From assembly GCA_044359535.1 (NCBI GenBank), contig JBIKLZ010000003.1, positions 21,290 to 85,289 of the forward strand: a DNA stretch of 64,000 nt. Direction: 5' to 3'. Source of the stretch: Chlamydiia bacterium. Its GTDB lineage: Bacteria; Chlamydiota; Chlamydiia; Chlamydiales; 2-12-FULL-49-11. Below are positions 44,678 to 53,739 of the stretch, in pieces; the first letter of the stretch is position 1; each line of letters opens with the position of its first letter. A model generated the notes under the pieces. It was not told where the DNA came from and did no database searches. It saw only the letters and a list, made by a program, of their open reading frames with translations. The position numbers and the translations under genes are program-made.

Positions 44678-45384
44678 AAGGGGTCGTCGATGCACAAGGT
44701 CTTTAAAGAACTAGTTTTAGCGCAAGAAGAAAAGAGTTGATCTATAGAGGCTTTAGCCTCCATATTTTGAGGGACCCTTTTTAAAGCGTCGGTATAGATT
44801 GTTTTGAAGTTGCACTTTTTATAGGTTAATGGAGCGCTATTTTTTAAAAAGGTGGGGAAGTTGATAAAATTTGCATAAAAAAGGGTGGGGGAGGGGCTTT
44901 TTTGATAGAAAGTGTTTAAGAGGTGTAAAGAAAAGGTATCTGTAAAGAGGCAATTTTCTCCTAAAAAAATAAGAACACTCTCTTTTTTCATTTCTTTTAA
45001 CCGATCAATGAGGGCTAATGAAATGGGGGTCTCTTGATCGATTTCTACAATCGTTAAAAGGTGATGTTTACCCCTTTTTTTTGCCGAAATATGGACTTTT
45101 TCCAACTCAAGAGGGTGATCCCTATCGATGAAAAGATAGATCTCATAGTTATCATAGTTTTGTTGAAACATTGACTCTAGCTTTTGATGAAAGGTTCGAT
45201 CACTTTCTTTATAGTGAGAAAGAAAAATAAAATCGGTATCTTTTAAATAGCTTTCGTAACTAGGTGGGGGAGAAGTAAAGCTCTTACTTCTTTTGTACAT
45301 ATATAGAAAGGAGAGGGAAAGAAAAAGGATGACAAAAAGGACTTTTAGGCTATGTTTCCGAAACATTCTTGAATAAACTCCCAT
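44659..45384 (-). CDS. membrane-anchored GT2-like protein with degenerate catalytic motifs
   Basis: It aligns by eye with the GT2 at 37250-38068. QKLESMFQQNYDNYEIYLFIDRDHP matches KNLESIFSQNYSAYRVIYIDDASTD. VLIFLGENCLF matches IIVTVDGDDWL. The acidic DD and DxD positions are replaced. Confidence 0.45.
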   Translation of the reverse strand: MGVYSRMFRKHSLKVLFVILFLSLSFLYMYKRSKSFTSPPPSYESYLKDTDFIFLSHYKESDRTFHQKLESMFQQNYDNYEIYLFIDRDHPLELEKVHISAKKRGKHHLLTIVEIDQETPISLALIDRLKEMKKESVLIFLGENCLFTDTFSLHLLNTFYQKSPSPTLFYANFINFPTFLKNSAPLTYKKCNFKTIYTDALKRVPQNMEAKASIDQLFSSCAKTSSLKTLCIDDPFYLQVR

Positions 45385-46067
45385 TTAAATTGAGACCAAT
45401 GAATTTTATCAACCCTTCCTTTGCTCATTAAAGTGATCTCCTCATCGGTCATGGAAAGGAGAATCTCCTCAGGAAAATCTGAAAGTTCTTTTAAGGTGCG
45501 TACACATTTATAGACGCGAAACTGTTTAATAGCTGTAAAGGTAAGGGATGCAAAAAAAAGGCAAAACAAAGGGATTAACGACCATGGGGTGAGAAAAAGG
45601 GCTAGAAAGAAGGCGCTGATTTCTTTGTTTGTAGATAGACAAGGGCTCACCCACTTTCTTAAAATAGAAGAGGAAGATCGGTAAGCTAAAATCTCTTCAT
45701 ATTTAGGCTCATCAAATTGAACACGCCTAGCATGAATTTCTTCATGAGCCATCACCTCTTTTGGGGAAACAAAAAAGGAAGAAATTTTTGAGGGTGCATG
45801 AATTACAGGGATATATAGATCCTTTTCTACTTCAATAATAGTAGTCCTTGCAGCCTCAAAAAAGCGATAGTTTTTATTTTTAAGTAAAATATACCCCCTA
45901 TCCACAGGGATAAAAAGAGCCTTTTTAAACCATTTCTTTGGAAGGGTGTTTAAGGGGTTTAAGGCTATTTCTCGAGTTTTTGCCACCCGTTTTAAAAATT
46001 TTTCCAAAGTTTCATAGGGGCCGGGGAGAAATCCTTTTTTATAGAGATCTAAAAAGGGTTCATGCAT
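45345..46067 (-). CDS. hypothetical membrane protein with HExxH motif
   Basis: 240 aa. VMAHEEIHARR (HExxH), followed by two hydrophobic helices ISAFFLALFLTPWSLIPLFCLFFASLTFTAI. No family recognised. Confidence 0.4.
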   Translation of the reverse strand: MHEPFLDLYKKGFLPGPYETLEKFLKRVAKTREIALNPLNTLPKKWFKKALFIPVDRGYILLKNKNYRFFEAARTTIIEVEKDLYIPVIHAPSKISSFFVSPKEVMAHEEIHARRVQFDEPKYEEILAYRSSSSILRKWVSPCLSTNKEISAFFLALFLTPWSLIPLFCLFFASLTFTAIKQFRVYKCVRTLKELSDFPEEILLSMTDEEITLMSKGRVDKIHWSQFKWEFIQECFGNIA

Positions 46068-46081
46068 AGAGTAAACCCCAA

Positions 46082-47290
46082 TTAAAGAGCATAGATGAGC
46101 TCAAGTTTATACTTTTGAAAATCAAATTTATTATGCATTTCCATAAGAGGTCGTGTAAAGGAAAAGCTTTGAGAAAGGGTAATTGTGTCCTGTAAAGCAT
46201 AGAGAAAGGAGAGTTTAAAACCCCAGTAGTTGCTATTTGCTACAGCTGTCTCTCTAATAGTTGCTGCCCCTTGACCATTAGCAAATAGGGTGTATAGGCC
46301 AATATTATCAGGATTTTCGATACCAATTCCAGAAAAATCCATGAAAGGGATGGCTTGAGGTTGGACAAATTGGACATTAAAATCTAAAGACCAATCATTT
46401 TTCTTTCTAATTTCCCCCATTGAAATACCAATATAGCCAGCAAGGTTATCTAGGCGGTTATCAAGAATTTCAAAGGGTTTAGCAAGGGCATTAAATAAAA
46501 AAGCGGCATAAGCAACACTTACAGCATCAAAAAAGGGATTTTGAAAGCGATAACCAAGGAGAAATTGGCTATTTAAATAGTTATAGGCATAGTTTATCCT
46601 TTCATCTTCATAGTCATGGGTGGCCCAATCAATTAAGGAGTATTTAGCATAAAAGCCCGTATTATAAATATTTAAAAGTCCTGTTTCAACAACAAAGGAA
46701 ATATGGGAAAAAATTTCACTGACTACAAAGGGTGCGGCATAAAGGTAGAAATCACCATAAAGCTCAGTAGTCCTGTTGTAAAGGAGTAAAATACCATCCA
46801 TTAATGCGCCGAATTGGATTTGGGAGTCAAAGGTATAACTTAAAAAACGTCGTCCAAATTCAAGATCTGTTGTGGAGACATCGGTTTCAGAAAGGCGAAA
46901 GCCAAAAAAGGCCCTTTCGAGAGTAAGACCATCAAAGGTGCCCCCATAAATTCCCATGTTATTATCGTATTCAAGTTTTGAGGAGGCCCACGTCATATCA
47001 GTTCTGTAATCAAGGAGAAAATTAAATTCAATATCAAATTGATCACTTGCAATAAGAGGGTGTAAAGATTGGGATCCTAAATACTTGACCCCATTTTTTT
47101 GTTCAGAAAGGGCAATGTACTCGACGTGAATGTCAGCACTAATGGATAAGGCTCCGCCCCGCTCATCAATGGTTAAAGCCCGTTTTGTTGCAATCCACTC
47201 TTTTAAAGCTTCTAAATTCAATGTGTCGTTATCTACAGCAATCAATTGAGGAGAGAAAAAAAAGAGCAATGAAAAGAAGATTTTTTTCAT
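46082..47290 (-). CDS. putative outer-membrane porin
   Basis: Signal peptide MKKIFFSLLFFFSPQLIA. N-terminal helical segment LEALKEWIATKRA, then an amphipathic beta-strand pattern rich in aromatic girdle residues. No family recognised with confidence. Confidence 0.5.
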   Translation of the reverse strand: MKKIFFSLLFFFSPQLIAVDNDTLNLEALKEWIATKRALTIDERGGALSISADIHVEYIALSEQKNGVKYLGSQSLHPLIASDQFDIEFNFLLDYRTDMTWASSKLEYDNNMGIYGGTFDGLTLERAFFGFRLSETDVSTTDLEFGRRFLSYTFDSQIQFGALMDGILLLYNRTTELYGDFYLYAAPFVVSEIFSHISFVVETGLLNIYNTGFYAKYSLIDWATHDYEDERINYAYNYLNSQFLLGYRFQNPFFDAVSVAYAAFLFNALAKPFEILDNRLDNLAGYIGISMGEIRKKNDWSLDFNVQFVQPQAIPFMDFSGIGIENPDNIGLYTLFANGQGAATIRETAVANSNYWGFKLSFLYALQDTITLSQSFSFTRPLMEMHNKFDFQKYKLELIYAL

Positions 47291-47350
47291 ATTGACTTGG
47301 AGGCTGGTTGTTATATATTCTAGGGTAAAGATTTTTTTTGGTAAAGGGTT

Positions 47351-49036
47351 TTGAAATTTCTACAGATACAGCTTTTTTTTACTCTCTTTTTTTCTTTATT
47401 ATTAGGAGCCACAGAAGAAAGGTATATTGATAATCAAGAGGTGATTCTCCATAAGGTGAATGGGCTCATCATTACTGGAGATGAACACCTTCCCCCTGAT
47501 TACATTTTAAAAACAACAGAGGATGTCCTTTTTTATAGGGTAAAAGCGCCCCATGATCTTTTGTTTCAAACCCAATTTTCAAGACGCCTTGGAGAAAAAG
47601 TATTAGGAAAATCGCTTACTTTTAAGGATATACAAGAGTGTAAAAAAGAAATTAAGAGCTATTTTTTAGAGCACTGTTCAAGACAAGTGAAGGTAAGTAT
47701 TTCTGAAAAAGAGTTTTTTGAGGGTGTTGTGGTTGTAAGGGTCCTTGAATCTAAAGTAGGGAAGGTAAAGGTGACTGGAAATGTATGGTTTCCAAAAGGG
47801 CATTACTTAGAATACATTCCTTTAGAAGAAAATGCCCCATTAGACACCGATCTTCTTGTTTCAGGGATACAAGATATTAATAAAAGTCCATGGAAGAAAG
47901 CTCAAGTTATCTATTCTGAAGGCAAAGGGGTAGAAGAAACCGATATAGAACTCATTGTTAAGGATAAAAACCCGATCCATTTTTATGCAGGGACAGATAA
48001 TAGTGGGTATAAAATGACCGAATATGGAAGGGTTTATAGTGGGTTTAGTTGGGGAAACATGTTAAATTTGGATCAAGCCATTGCCTTTTCATACAAAGGG
48101 TCGCGAGATTTTTCCTCCTACCAATCCTTTTCTTTAGAGTACTTAAGCCCCCTTTTTTCTTTTTGCCGCTTTAAAGTAGTTGGAGAGGGGATTTTTACCC
48201 AGCCGGAAATTGAAGAGCTTTTATACGCTGAAAATAAAGGGGTGCTGTGGCACCTTTCGTCAAGGGTGGATCTATTTCCCCCCCAATCGTTTAGTATGGA
48301 TCAAACCCTTTCTATGGGATTGAATTACAAAGGGACAAATAGTAATTATTCAGAAAATGAACTAGGCTTTTCACACACCTTTGTCACAATGGTTCAAATG
48401 GCTCTGGAATATAAGGGACATTTTGATCATAAAGCCCATAAGATGGAGGGTTTTTTGACTCTTTTAGGTCAACCTTGGCAGATTGGAAGGGGGATGGAAA
48501 AAAGTGCCTATAATGCCCTTAGAGAGGGAGCAAATCCACTTTTTGGGGTAATTAAAGGGGGGGGCAGTTATAGTTATAATGAAAAAGCTAAGGATCTATT
48601 TTCTGGAAAAGTTTCCTTTTATGGACAAATAGCCACAGCTGCTTTAATACCGATGGAACAATATCCCTTAGGTGGGATTGAGGGTGTAAGGGGGTATGAA
48701 AACTGTTCAGCACATGTGGATCATGCGTGTCTAATCCATATAGATATAAGGAGCCCACAAACATCGCTTTTAAAATATGTGAGACAAAAATTTGAGTCGC
48801 TGGATAGATGTAGCGGCGCCTTTTTTTTAGATGTTGGCAACGGCTGGACAGAAGGATCTAATGAGATGGATCGATCCAGCATCTATTTAATAGGTTTAGG
48901 ACCTGGATTAAGATATGAGCTTTTAGATTATGTTAATGGTAGAATAGATATTGGGATTCAAACAACAAAAGCCCCTTTAGAAGGGACTTTTGATTCAAAA
49001 GTGAGATGCAATTTTAGTATAAACGCTGCCTACTAA
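47351..49036 (+). CDS. ShlB/FhaC/HecB-family two-partner-secretion outer-membrane transporter (TpsB)
   Basis: Signal peptide. POTRA-like region VVVVRVLESKVGKVKVTGN..F....L. DNSGYKMTEYGRVYSGFSWGNMLNLDQ. Barrel with PLGGIEGVRGY. TTG start. Confidence 0.75.
   Translation: MKFLQIQLFFTLFFSLLLGATEERYIDNQEVILHKVNGLIITGDEHLPPDYILKTTEDVLFYRVKAPHDLLFQTQFSRRLGEKVLGKSLTFKDIQECKKEIKSYFLEHCSRQVKVSISEKEFFEGVVVVRVLESKVGKVKVTGNVWFPKGHYLEYIPLEENAPLDTDLLVSGIQDINKSPWKKAQVIYSEGKGVEETDIELIVKDKNPIHFYAGTDNSGYKMTEYGRVYSGFSWGNMLNLDQAIAFSYKGSRDFSSYQSFSLEYLSPLFSFCRFKVVGEGIFTQPEIEELLYAENKGVLWHLSSRVDLFPPQSFSMDQTLSMGLNYKGTNSNYSENELGFSHTFVTMVQMALEYKGHFDHKAHKMEGFLTLLGQPWQIGRGMEKSAYNALREGANPLFGVIKGGGSYSYNEKAKDLFSGKVSFYGQIATAALIPMEQYPLGGIEGVRGYENCSAHVDHACLIHIDIRSPQTSLLKYVRQKFESLDRCSGAFFLDVGNGWTEGSNEMDRSSIYLIGLGPGLRYELLDYVNGRIDIGIQTTKAPLEGTFDSKVRCNFSINAAY
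48557..48564 (+). repeat. 8-nt poly-G tract inside the TpsB CDS
   Basis: Counted by hand. aaa GGG GGG GGc encodes K-G-G-G of ...VIKGGGSYSY... A C7 tract lies upstream at 48278-48284 (F-P-P-Q). Confidence 0.9.
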
Positions 49037-49043
49037 ATGTAGA

Positions 49044-49319
49044 TTATACTTTTTTAGCAAAACGTGACTTTAGGCGAGAAGCTCTACCTTTTTTAATCAC
49101 TTTATTTTTAACAGCTTTGTCTAACAAACTGTAGAAAGTTTGAAGAAGAGGGACTTTTGCCTCTGAAGTTTCTTGTTTTAAAAAGGTAGCTCTTAGAGTT
49201 TGGATTCTTCTTTTCCAAGTTCTATTTCTTAAATGCTTTTTTTCATCTTGAAGGTGACGCTTTGCAGCTGTGGGCCTTCTTTTAGGAAATTTTTTTTCGT
49301 CTTTTTTATCTTCTGCCAT
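49044..49319 (-). CDS. rpsT: 30S ribosomal protein S20
   Basis: 91 aa, basic. PTAAKRHLQDEKKHLRNRTWKRRIQT...LDKAVKNKVIKKGRASRLKSR is typical of S20. Confidence 0.9.
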   Translation of the reverse strand: MAEDKKDEKKFPKRRPTAAKRHLQDEKKHLRNRTWKRRIQTLRATFLKQETSEAKVPLLQTFYSLLDKAVKNKVIKKGRASRLKSRFAKKV

Positions 49320-49375
49320 CGCACGACCTCTTTTAAATCAAAGAATTTTTTCTAGTGAAGTTATTTTCATGACAA

Positions 49376-49405
49376 AGTATACAGCCATAAGAGAGATTTT
49401 GTCAA
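49376..49405 (-). promoter_or_regulatory. candidate sigma70/66-type promoter for rpsT
   Basis: On the minus strand: TTGACA (49405-49400), 18-nt spacer, TATACT (49381-49376), about 55 nt upstream of the rpsT ATG. Confidence 0.4.
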
Positions 49406-49482
49406 AGAAAAATCTAGTTCTTTCCTTATAGAGAGGGAAAAGGTTCGTTTTTTTTACTTTTTTTGAACAATTAAAAAAATAT

Positions 49483-50088
49483 TTAACCTAAAGAAACAAG
49501 CCACTTAAAGGCTGTATAGTAATAATAAAGGATTTTTTTTATCCTTTTTTGAAAATATTTCCCCTTCATTTTCCAAATATAGGGGTTTTCTTTCATTCTT
49601 TTTATCCAACTAAGGGATCTAAGCTCCCCTTTGAAAAGAGTTCTTTTTGAAAAGGCTTTTTTGTAGGGGAGGTGGAGAAAAATTTCGTTAGGAGGGCTTT
49701 TGTAAAGACGCTTATTAAAATATAGAGCCTCCTCTTGATCAAAAATAATGCCCTCTCCAGCTTGGGAAATATTGGAGTAAAAGACCCTTTTATGGCCAAG
49801 CAAAAACATTTCGGCTCTTGACATGTACTTCTTATTAAAGGTTTTTTGGTGAAGTATCCATATAATATTAAGGTTTAATTTTTCAAAATCTTCTGTCCGT
49901 CTTTTTGCTTCATTAAGGGAAATAGGGGAGCATTGAACTTCAAAAACAGTTTTTTGGGAGGGCCAATAGACATCTGCAATGTGAGATCCCACTTTATATT
50001 CTAGAACAACATCAGGAGAGGCAATGATAGAAAGGATTTTGTTTTGAATTGTACGGTGAAGTCTGTTGTTAATATAATCCTTAGCCAT
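49483..50088 (-). CDS. CoiA-like (competence protein CoiA family) nuclease-fold protein
   Basis: HIADVYWPSQKTVFEVQCSPISLNEAKRRTEDFEKLNLNIIWILH matches the CoiA-family core (D...E.Q.S.I...E...R...Y......W). Confidence 0.6.
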   Translation of the reverse strand: MAKDYINNRLHRTIQNKILSIIASPDVVLEYKVGSHIADVYWPSQKTVFEVQCSPISLNEAKRRTEDFEKLNLNIIWILHQKTFNKKYMSRAEMFLLGHKRVFYSNISQAGEGIIFDQEEALYFNKRLYKSPPNEIFLHLPYKKAFSKRTLFKGELRSLSWIKRMKENPYIWKMKGKYFQKRIKKILYYYYTAFKWLVSLG

Positions 50089-50164
50089 AAGGGAAGTTAC
50101 TATGAGCGATAGACAATATTTAGTAAAGATGGTACCCTTTTTGCTCTAAAGGAGTTCAACCATT

Positions 50165-51826
50165 ATGTCTGAGCAAAGTTTGCTTGAAATTTCATATCAT
50201 CAAAAAATTGAAGAGATCGTTGCTATTGCAAAAGATCAAGGATTTATCACCTATGAAGACATCAATGATACCCTCCCTTTATCCATTGATTCAGCTGATG
50301 CACTAGATCAAATTATCATCTATTTAAATGGAATGGATGTTGAAATTTTAGACCAATTTGAGGTCGAAAAAAGGGCAGAAAGGGTAAAAGAAGCTAAAGA
50401 GGGACTCTCTACTAAAAGATCTGAAGGGGCCACCGATGATCCAGTAAGGATGTATTTAAAAGAAATGGGCTCTTCACCCCTACTTACTAGGGAACAAGAG
50501 GTTGAAATTTCAAAAAGGATTGAAAAAGCACAAAGTCAAGCAGAAAAAATTATCCTTCGTTTCAGATATTCAGTTTCAGAATCGCTTTCAATTATCCATT
50601 TTTTAATTGAAGGTAAAGAAAGGTTTGATAGGGTCATTACTGAAAAGAAAATTAATGATAAAAATCAATTTAATAAAATCCTCCCTAAATTATTTCATTT
50701 AATGAAAACTGAGGATGAAAAATTTTCTCATTACCTAACTCTTTTAGAAGATGAAACCCTGTCAAAAATTGAAAAAGCAAAAATTTCTGAAGAGGTTGAA
50801 AAAAGTTTGATTCGGACAGCTGCCTATCTTAGAAGACTTCATTACCGCTATGAAATTATAGAAAGCTTTGGAGAGGTCATTTTATCTAGCTATGAAATCT
50901 TTTTGAAATTGGAAAATGAAATTAAAGAGCTAGCTCCAAGGGCAGAGAAAAATCGATTTGCAAAAGCAAAGCTGTATTCAGCACAGCAAAAGCTTCGTAA
51001 AAAGGAAGTGGCGGCAGGAAGATCTATCATTGAGTTTAAAAAAGATGTAAAAATGTTAAAAAGGTGGATTGATAAGAGTCAAGAAGCTAAAAAAGAAATG
51101 GTTGAATCCAATCTTCGATTGGTGATCTCTATTGCAAAAAAATTTACAAATCGGGGCCTTTCGTTTTTAGATTTGATCCAAGAGGGGAATATGGGCCTTA
51201 TAAAGGCTGTAGAAAAATTTGAGTACAGAAGGGGATATAAGTTTTCCACTTATGCTACTTGGTGGATAAGGCAAGCTGTACAACGGGCCATTTCTGATCA
51301 AGCAAGGACCATTCGTATCCCTGTTCACATGATTGAAACAATCAATAAAGTCCTTAGAGGGGCAAAGCGATTAATGATGGAAACAGGGAAAGAACCAAGT
51401 CCTGAAGAGCTCTCTAAAGTTTTAGGGATGAGTACCGATCGCATTCAAGAAATTTATAAAATTGCTCAACACCCTATTTCATTGCAATCAGAGGTTGGAG
51501 AAGCTGGCGATAGCCAATTTGGTGACTTTTTAGAGGATGTGGGGGCCGAATCTCCTTCAGAAGCGACAGGGTATACAATTTTAAAAGACAAAATTAATGA
51601 GGTTTTATCTTCTCTATCAGAAAGAGAAAGGACAGTGTTGATTGAAAGATTCGGTTTAATCGATGGAAAGCCTAAAACCCTCGAGGAAGTGGGTGTCACT
51701 TTTAAGGTGACTCGAGAAAGGGTGCGGCAAATTGAGGCTAAAGCACTTAGGAAAATGAGACATCCGACAAGATCTTCTCAACTCCAAGCATTTTTAGAAG
51801 TGGCTAATAAAGCAAAGTGTGCATAA
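50165..51826 (+). CDS. rpoD: RNA polymerase primary-type sigma factor, diverged tandem copy 1
   Basis: 553 aa with full regions 1.1-4.2: [85 protein letters not shown], and [20 protein letters not shown]. Confidence 0.93.
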   Translation: MSEQSLLEISYHQKIEEIVAIAKDQGFITYEDINDTLPLSIDSADALDQIIIYLNGMDVEILDQFEVEKRAERVKEAKEGLSTKRSEGATDDPVRMYLKEMGSSPLLTREQEVEISKRIEKAQSQAEKIILRFRYSVSESLSIIHFLIEGKERFDRVITEKKINDKNQFNKILPKLFHLMKTEDEKFSHYLTLLEDETLSKIEKAKISEEVEKSLIRTAAYLRRLHYRYEIIESFGEVILSSYEIFLKLENEIKELAPRAEKNRFAKAKLYSAQQKLRKKEVAAGRSIIEFKKDVKMLKRWIDKSQEAKKEMVESNLRLVISIAKKFTNRGLSFLDLIQEGNMGLIKAVEKFEYRRGYKFSTYATWWIRQAVQRAISDQARTIRIPVHMIETINKVLRGAKRLMMETGKEPSPEELSKVLGMSTDRIQEIYKIAQHPISLQSEVGEAGDSQFGDFLEDVGAESPSEATGYTILKDKINEVLSSLSERERTVLIERFGLIDGKPKTLEEVGVTFKVTRERVRQIEAKALRKMRHPTRSSQLQAFLEVANKAKCA

Positions 51827-51921
51827 GGGTTCTAAAAAAACCTTAGAAAACTTATTTACTAATTTACAATTTTTAATTGAAATGCTAGGATGACATAACT
51901 CCTCTATGGGTATAGGTTTTT

Positions 51922-53595
51922 ATGTCCGATTCTTATCAAGCAAAAACGTTTGATCCTCAATATCAGCAAAAAATTGAAGAGATTGTAGCGATCTCAAAAG
52001 ATCAGGGTTATATCACCTATGAGGAAATCAATGACATTCTCCCCATGAGTTTTGATTCTGCTGAAGAAATCGATCAAATATTGATTTTTTTAAGTGGTAT
52101 GGACATCCAAATATTGAATCAAGTGGAGGTGGATCGTCAAAAAGAGCGAAAAAAAGAGGCAAAAGAGGTTGATGCCGCTCCAAAAAGGAGTGAAGGCTCT
52201 TCTGATGATCCTGTAAGGATGTATTTAAAGGAGATGGGATCAGTTCCCCTCCTTACTCGTGAAGAGGAAGTAGAGATTTCTAAACGTATTGAAAAGGCTC
52301 AAATACAAATTGAAAAAATCATTCTTCGATTCAGGTATGCAATTGGTGAAACCCTTTCAATGATTGAATTTTTAAATAAGGGGAAAGAGCGTTTTGATAA
52401 AATTGTTACGGAGAAGGAAATTACTGATAAGAAGAAATTTTTCGAGATCCTTCCAAAGCTCTATGTCCTTATGCAAGGGGAAGATGAAAAATTAGAAAGT
52501 TATCTTCGTGAGTCTAAAAGGGCTGGAATTTCAAAAATTGAAAAAGTGAAAGTTTTAGAAGAGCTTGAAAAAAGTAGAATTCGGGTTCAAGCCTACCTTA
52601 GGCGAATGCATTTTAAGTACGATATTGTTGAGGATTTAGGAGAAGTGGTTTTATCCAGCTACGAGGTTTTTTTAAGTCTTGAAAAAGAAATTACCGACCT
52701 TACCCCTCGAGCAGAAAAAAATCGATTTGCAAAAGCAAAGCTTTATTCCGCAAGTGAAAAGCTTTTTAGGTTAGAGCTTGCTGCTGGAAGGACAATTGAT
52801 GAGTTTAAAAAAGATGTACGGATGCTTCAACGGTGGATGGATAAAAGCCGCGAGGCAAAAAGGGAGATGGTGGAGTCAAATTTACGCCTTGTGATCTCTA
52901 TTGCAAAAAAATATACCAATAGAGGGCTCTCTTTTTTAGATCTTATTCAAGAGGGAAACATGGGTCTTATGAAGGCTGTAGAAAAATTTGAATACCGCAG
53001 AGGTTATAAATTTTCTACCTATGCCACATGGTGGATACGGCAGGCTGTTACCCGTGCAATTGCTGATCAAGCAAGGACCATTCGTATCCCTGTTCATATG
53101 ATTGAAACCATCAATAAAGTTCTTAGAGGGGCTAAAAAGCTGATGATGGAGACAGGCAAAGAGCCCACTCATGAGGAACTTGCTAAAGAATTGGGTTTAT
53201 CCACTGAAAGAGTTCGAGAAATTTATAAAATTGCCCAACACCCCATTTCATTGCAAGCGGAAGTAGGGGATAGTGGAGAGAGCCAATTTGGGGACTTTTT
53301 AGAGGATACAACAGTTGAATCGCCAGCTGATGCTACAGGCTATTCTATTTTGAAAGAAAAAATGAATGAAGTTTTGCACTCTCTTACTGAGAGGGAAAGA
53401 ACTGTCCTTATTGAACGATTTGGTCTTTTGGATGGAAAACCTAAAACTTTAGAAGAGGTGGGTCTTCACTTTAAAGTCACCCGAGAAAGAGTAAGGCAAA
53501 TTGAAGCAAAAGCATTGAGGAAAATGAGACATCCAACAAGAGCGGGACAGCTTCAAGCATTTTTAGAAGCTATTGAGAAAAATACCCATGGTTAA
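51922..53595 (+). CDS. rpoD: RNA polymerase primary sigma factor (sigma-66/70), tandem copy 2, canonical
   Basis: 557 aa. [66 protein letters not shown] and [20 protein letters not shown]. At positions where the copies differ, this one matches my recollection of Chlamydia sigma-66. Confidence 0.95.
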   Translation: MSDSYQAKTFDPQYQQKIEEIVAISKDQGYITYEEINDILPMSFDSAEEIDQILIFLSGMDIQILNQVEVDRQKERKKEAKEVDAAPKRSEGSSDDPVRMYLKEMGSVPLLTREEEVEISKRIEKAQIQIEKIILRFRYAIGETLSMIEFLNKGKERFDKIVTEKEITDKKKFFEILPKLYVLMQGEDEKLESYLRESKRAGISKIEKVKVLEELEKSRIRVQAYLRRMHFKYDIVEDLGEVVLSSYEVFLSLEKEITDLTPRAEKNRFAKAKLYSASEKLFRLELAAGRTIDEFKKDVRMLQRWMDKSREAKREMVESNLRLVISIAKKYTNRGLSFLDLIQEGNMGLMKAVEKFEYRRGYKFSTYATWWIRQAVTRAIADQARTIRIPVHMIETINKVLRGAKKLMMETGKEPTHEELAKELGLSTERVREIYKIAQHPISLQAEVGDSGESQFGDFLEDTTVESPADATGYSILKEKMNEVLHSLTERERTVLIERFGLLDGKPKTLEEVGLHFKVTRERVRQIEAKALRKMRHPTRAGQLQAFLEAIEKNTHG

Positions 53596-53647
53596 CCAAT
53601 TTTTTATAGAAATTATATCTTCATTTCCTTATACTTTTCCTCATCAT

Positions 53648-53720
53648 GGGGTGTTAGCTCAGTTGGTAGAGCGTAACGCTGGCAGCGTTGAGGTCATCGG
53701 TTCGATCCCGTTACACTCCA
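53648..53720 (+). tRNA. tRNA-Ala (anticodon GGC)
   Basis: Hand-folded 73-nt cloverleaf. Acceptor stem GGGGTGT/ACACTCC with the G3:U70 alanine identity pair. D arm GCTC-AGTTGGTA-GAGC. Anticodon arm TAACG-CTGGCAG-CGTTG. T arm ATCGG-TTCGATC-CCGTT (one U:U mismatch). Discriminator A. CCA is not encoded. Confidence 0.9.
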
Positions 53721-53739
53721 CATGTATTTTTGAGGGAAG

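Noticed and set aside
3387-48253. TGGCAC sequences (3387-3392, 39226-39231, 48248-48253), examined as possible sigma-54 promoters because rpoN is in the window.
   Set aside because: None is followed by TTGC at the required 5-nt spacing, and all lie inside coding regions.
51827-51921. A possible terminator hairpin (AAGGGTT...AACCTT) and a promoter (TTTACA-17-TAGGAT) between the two rpoD copies.
   Set aside because: The stem is only 4-5 bp with a bulge and no T-run, and the promoter match is weak. I cannot decide from sequence whether the copies are co-transcribed.
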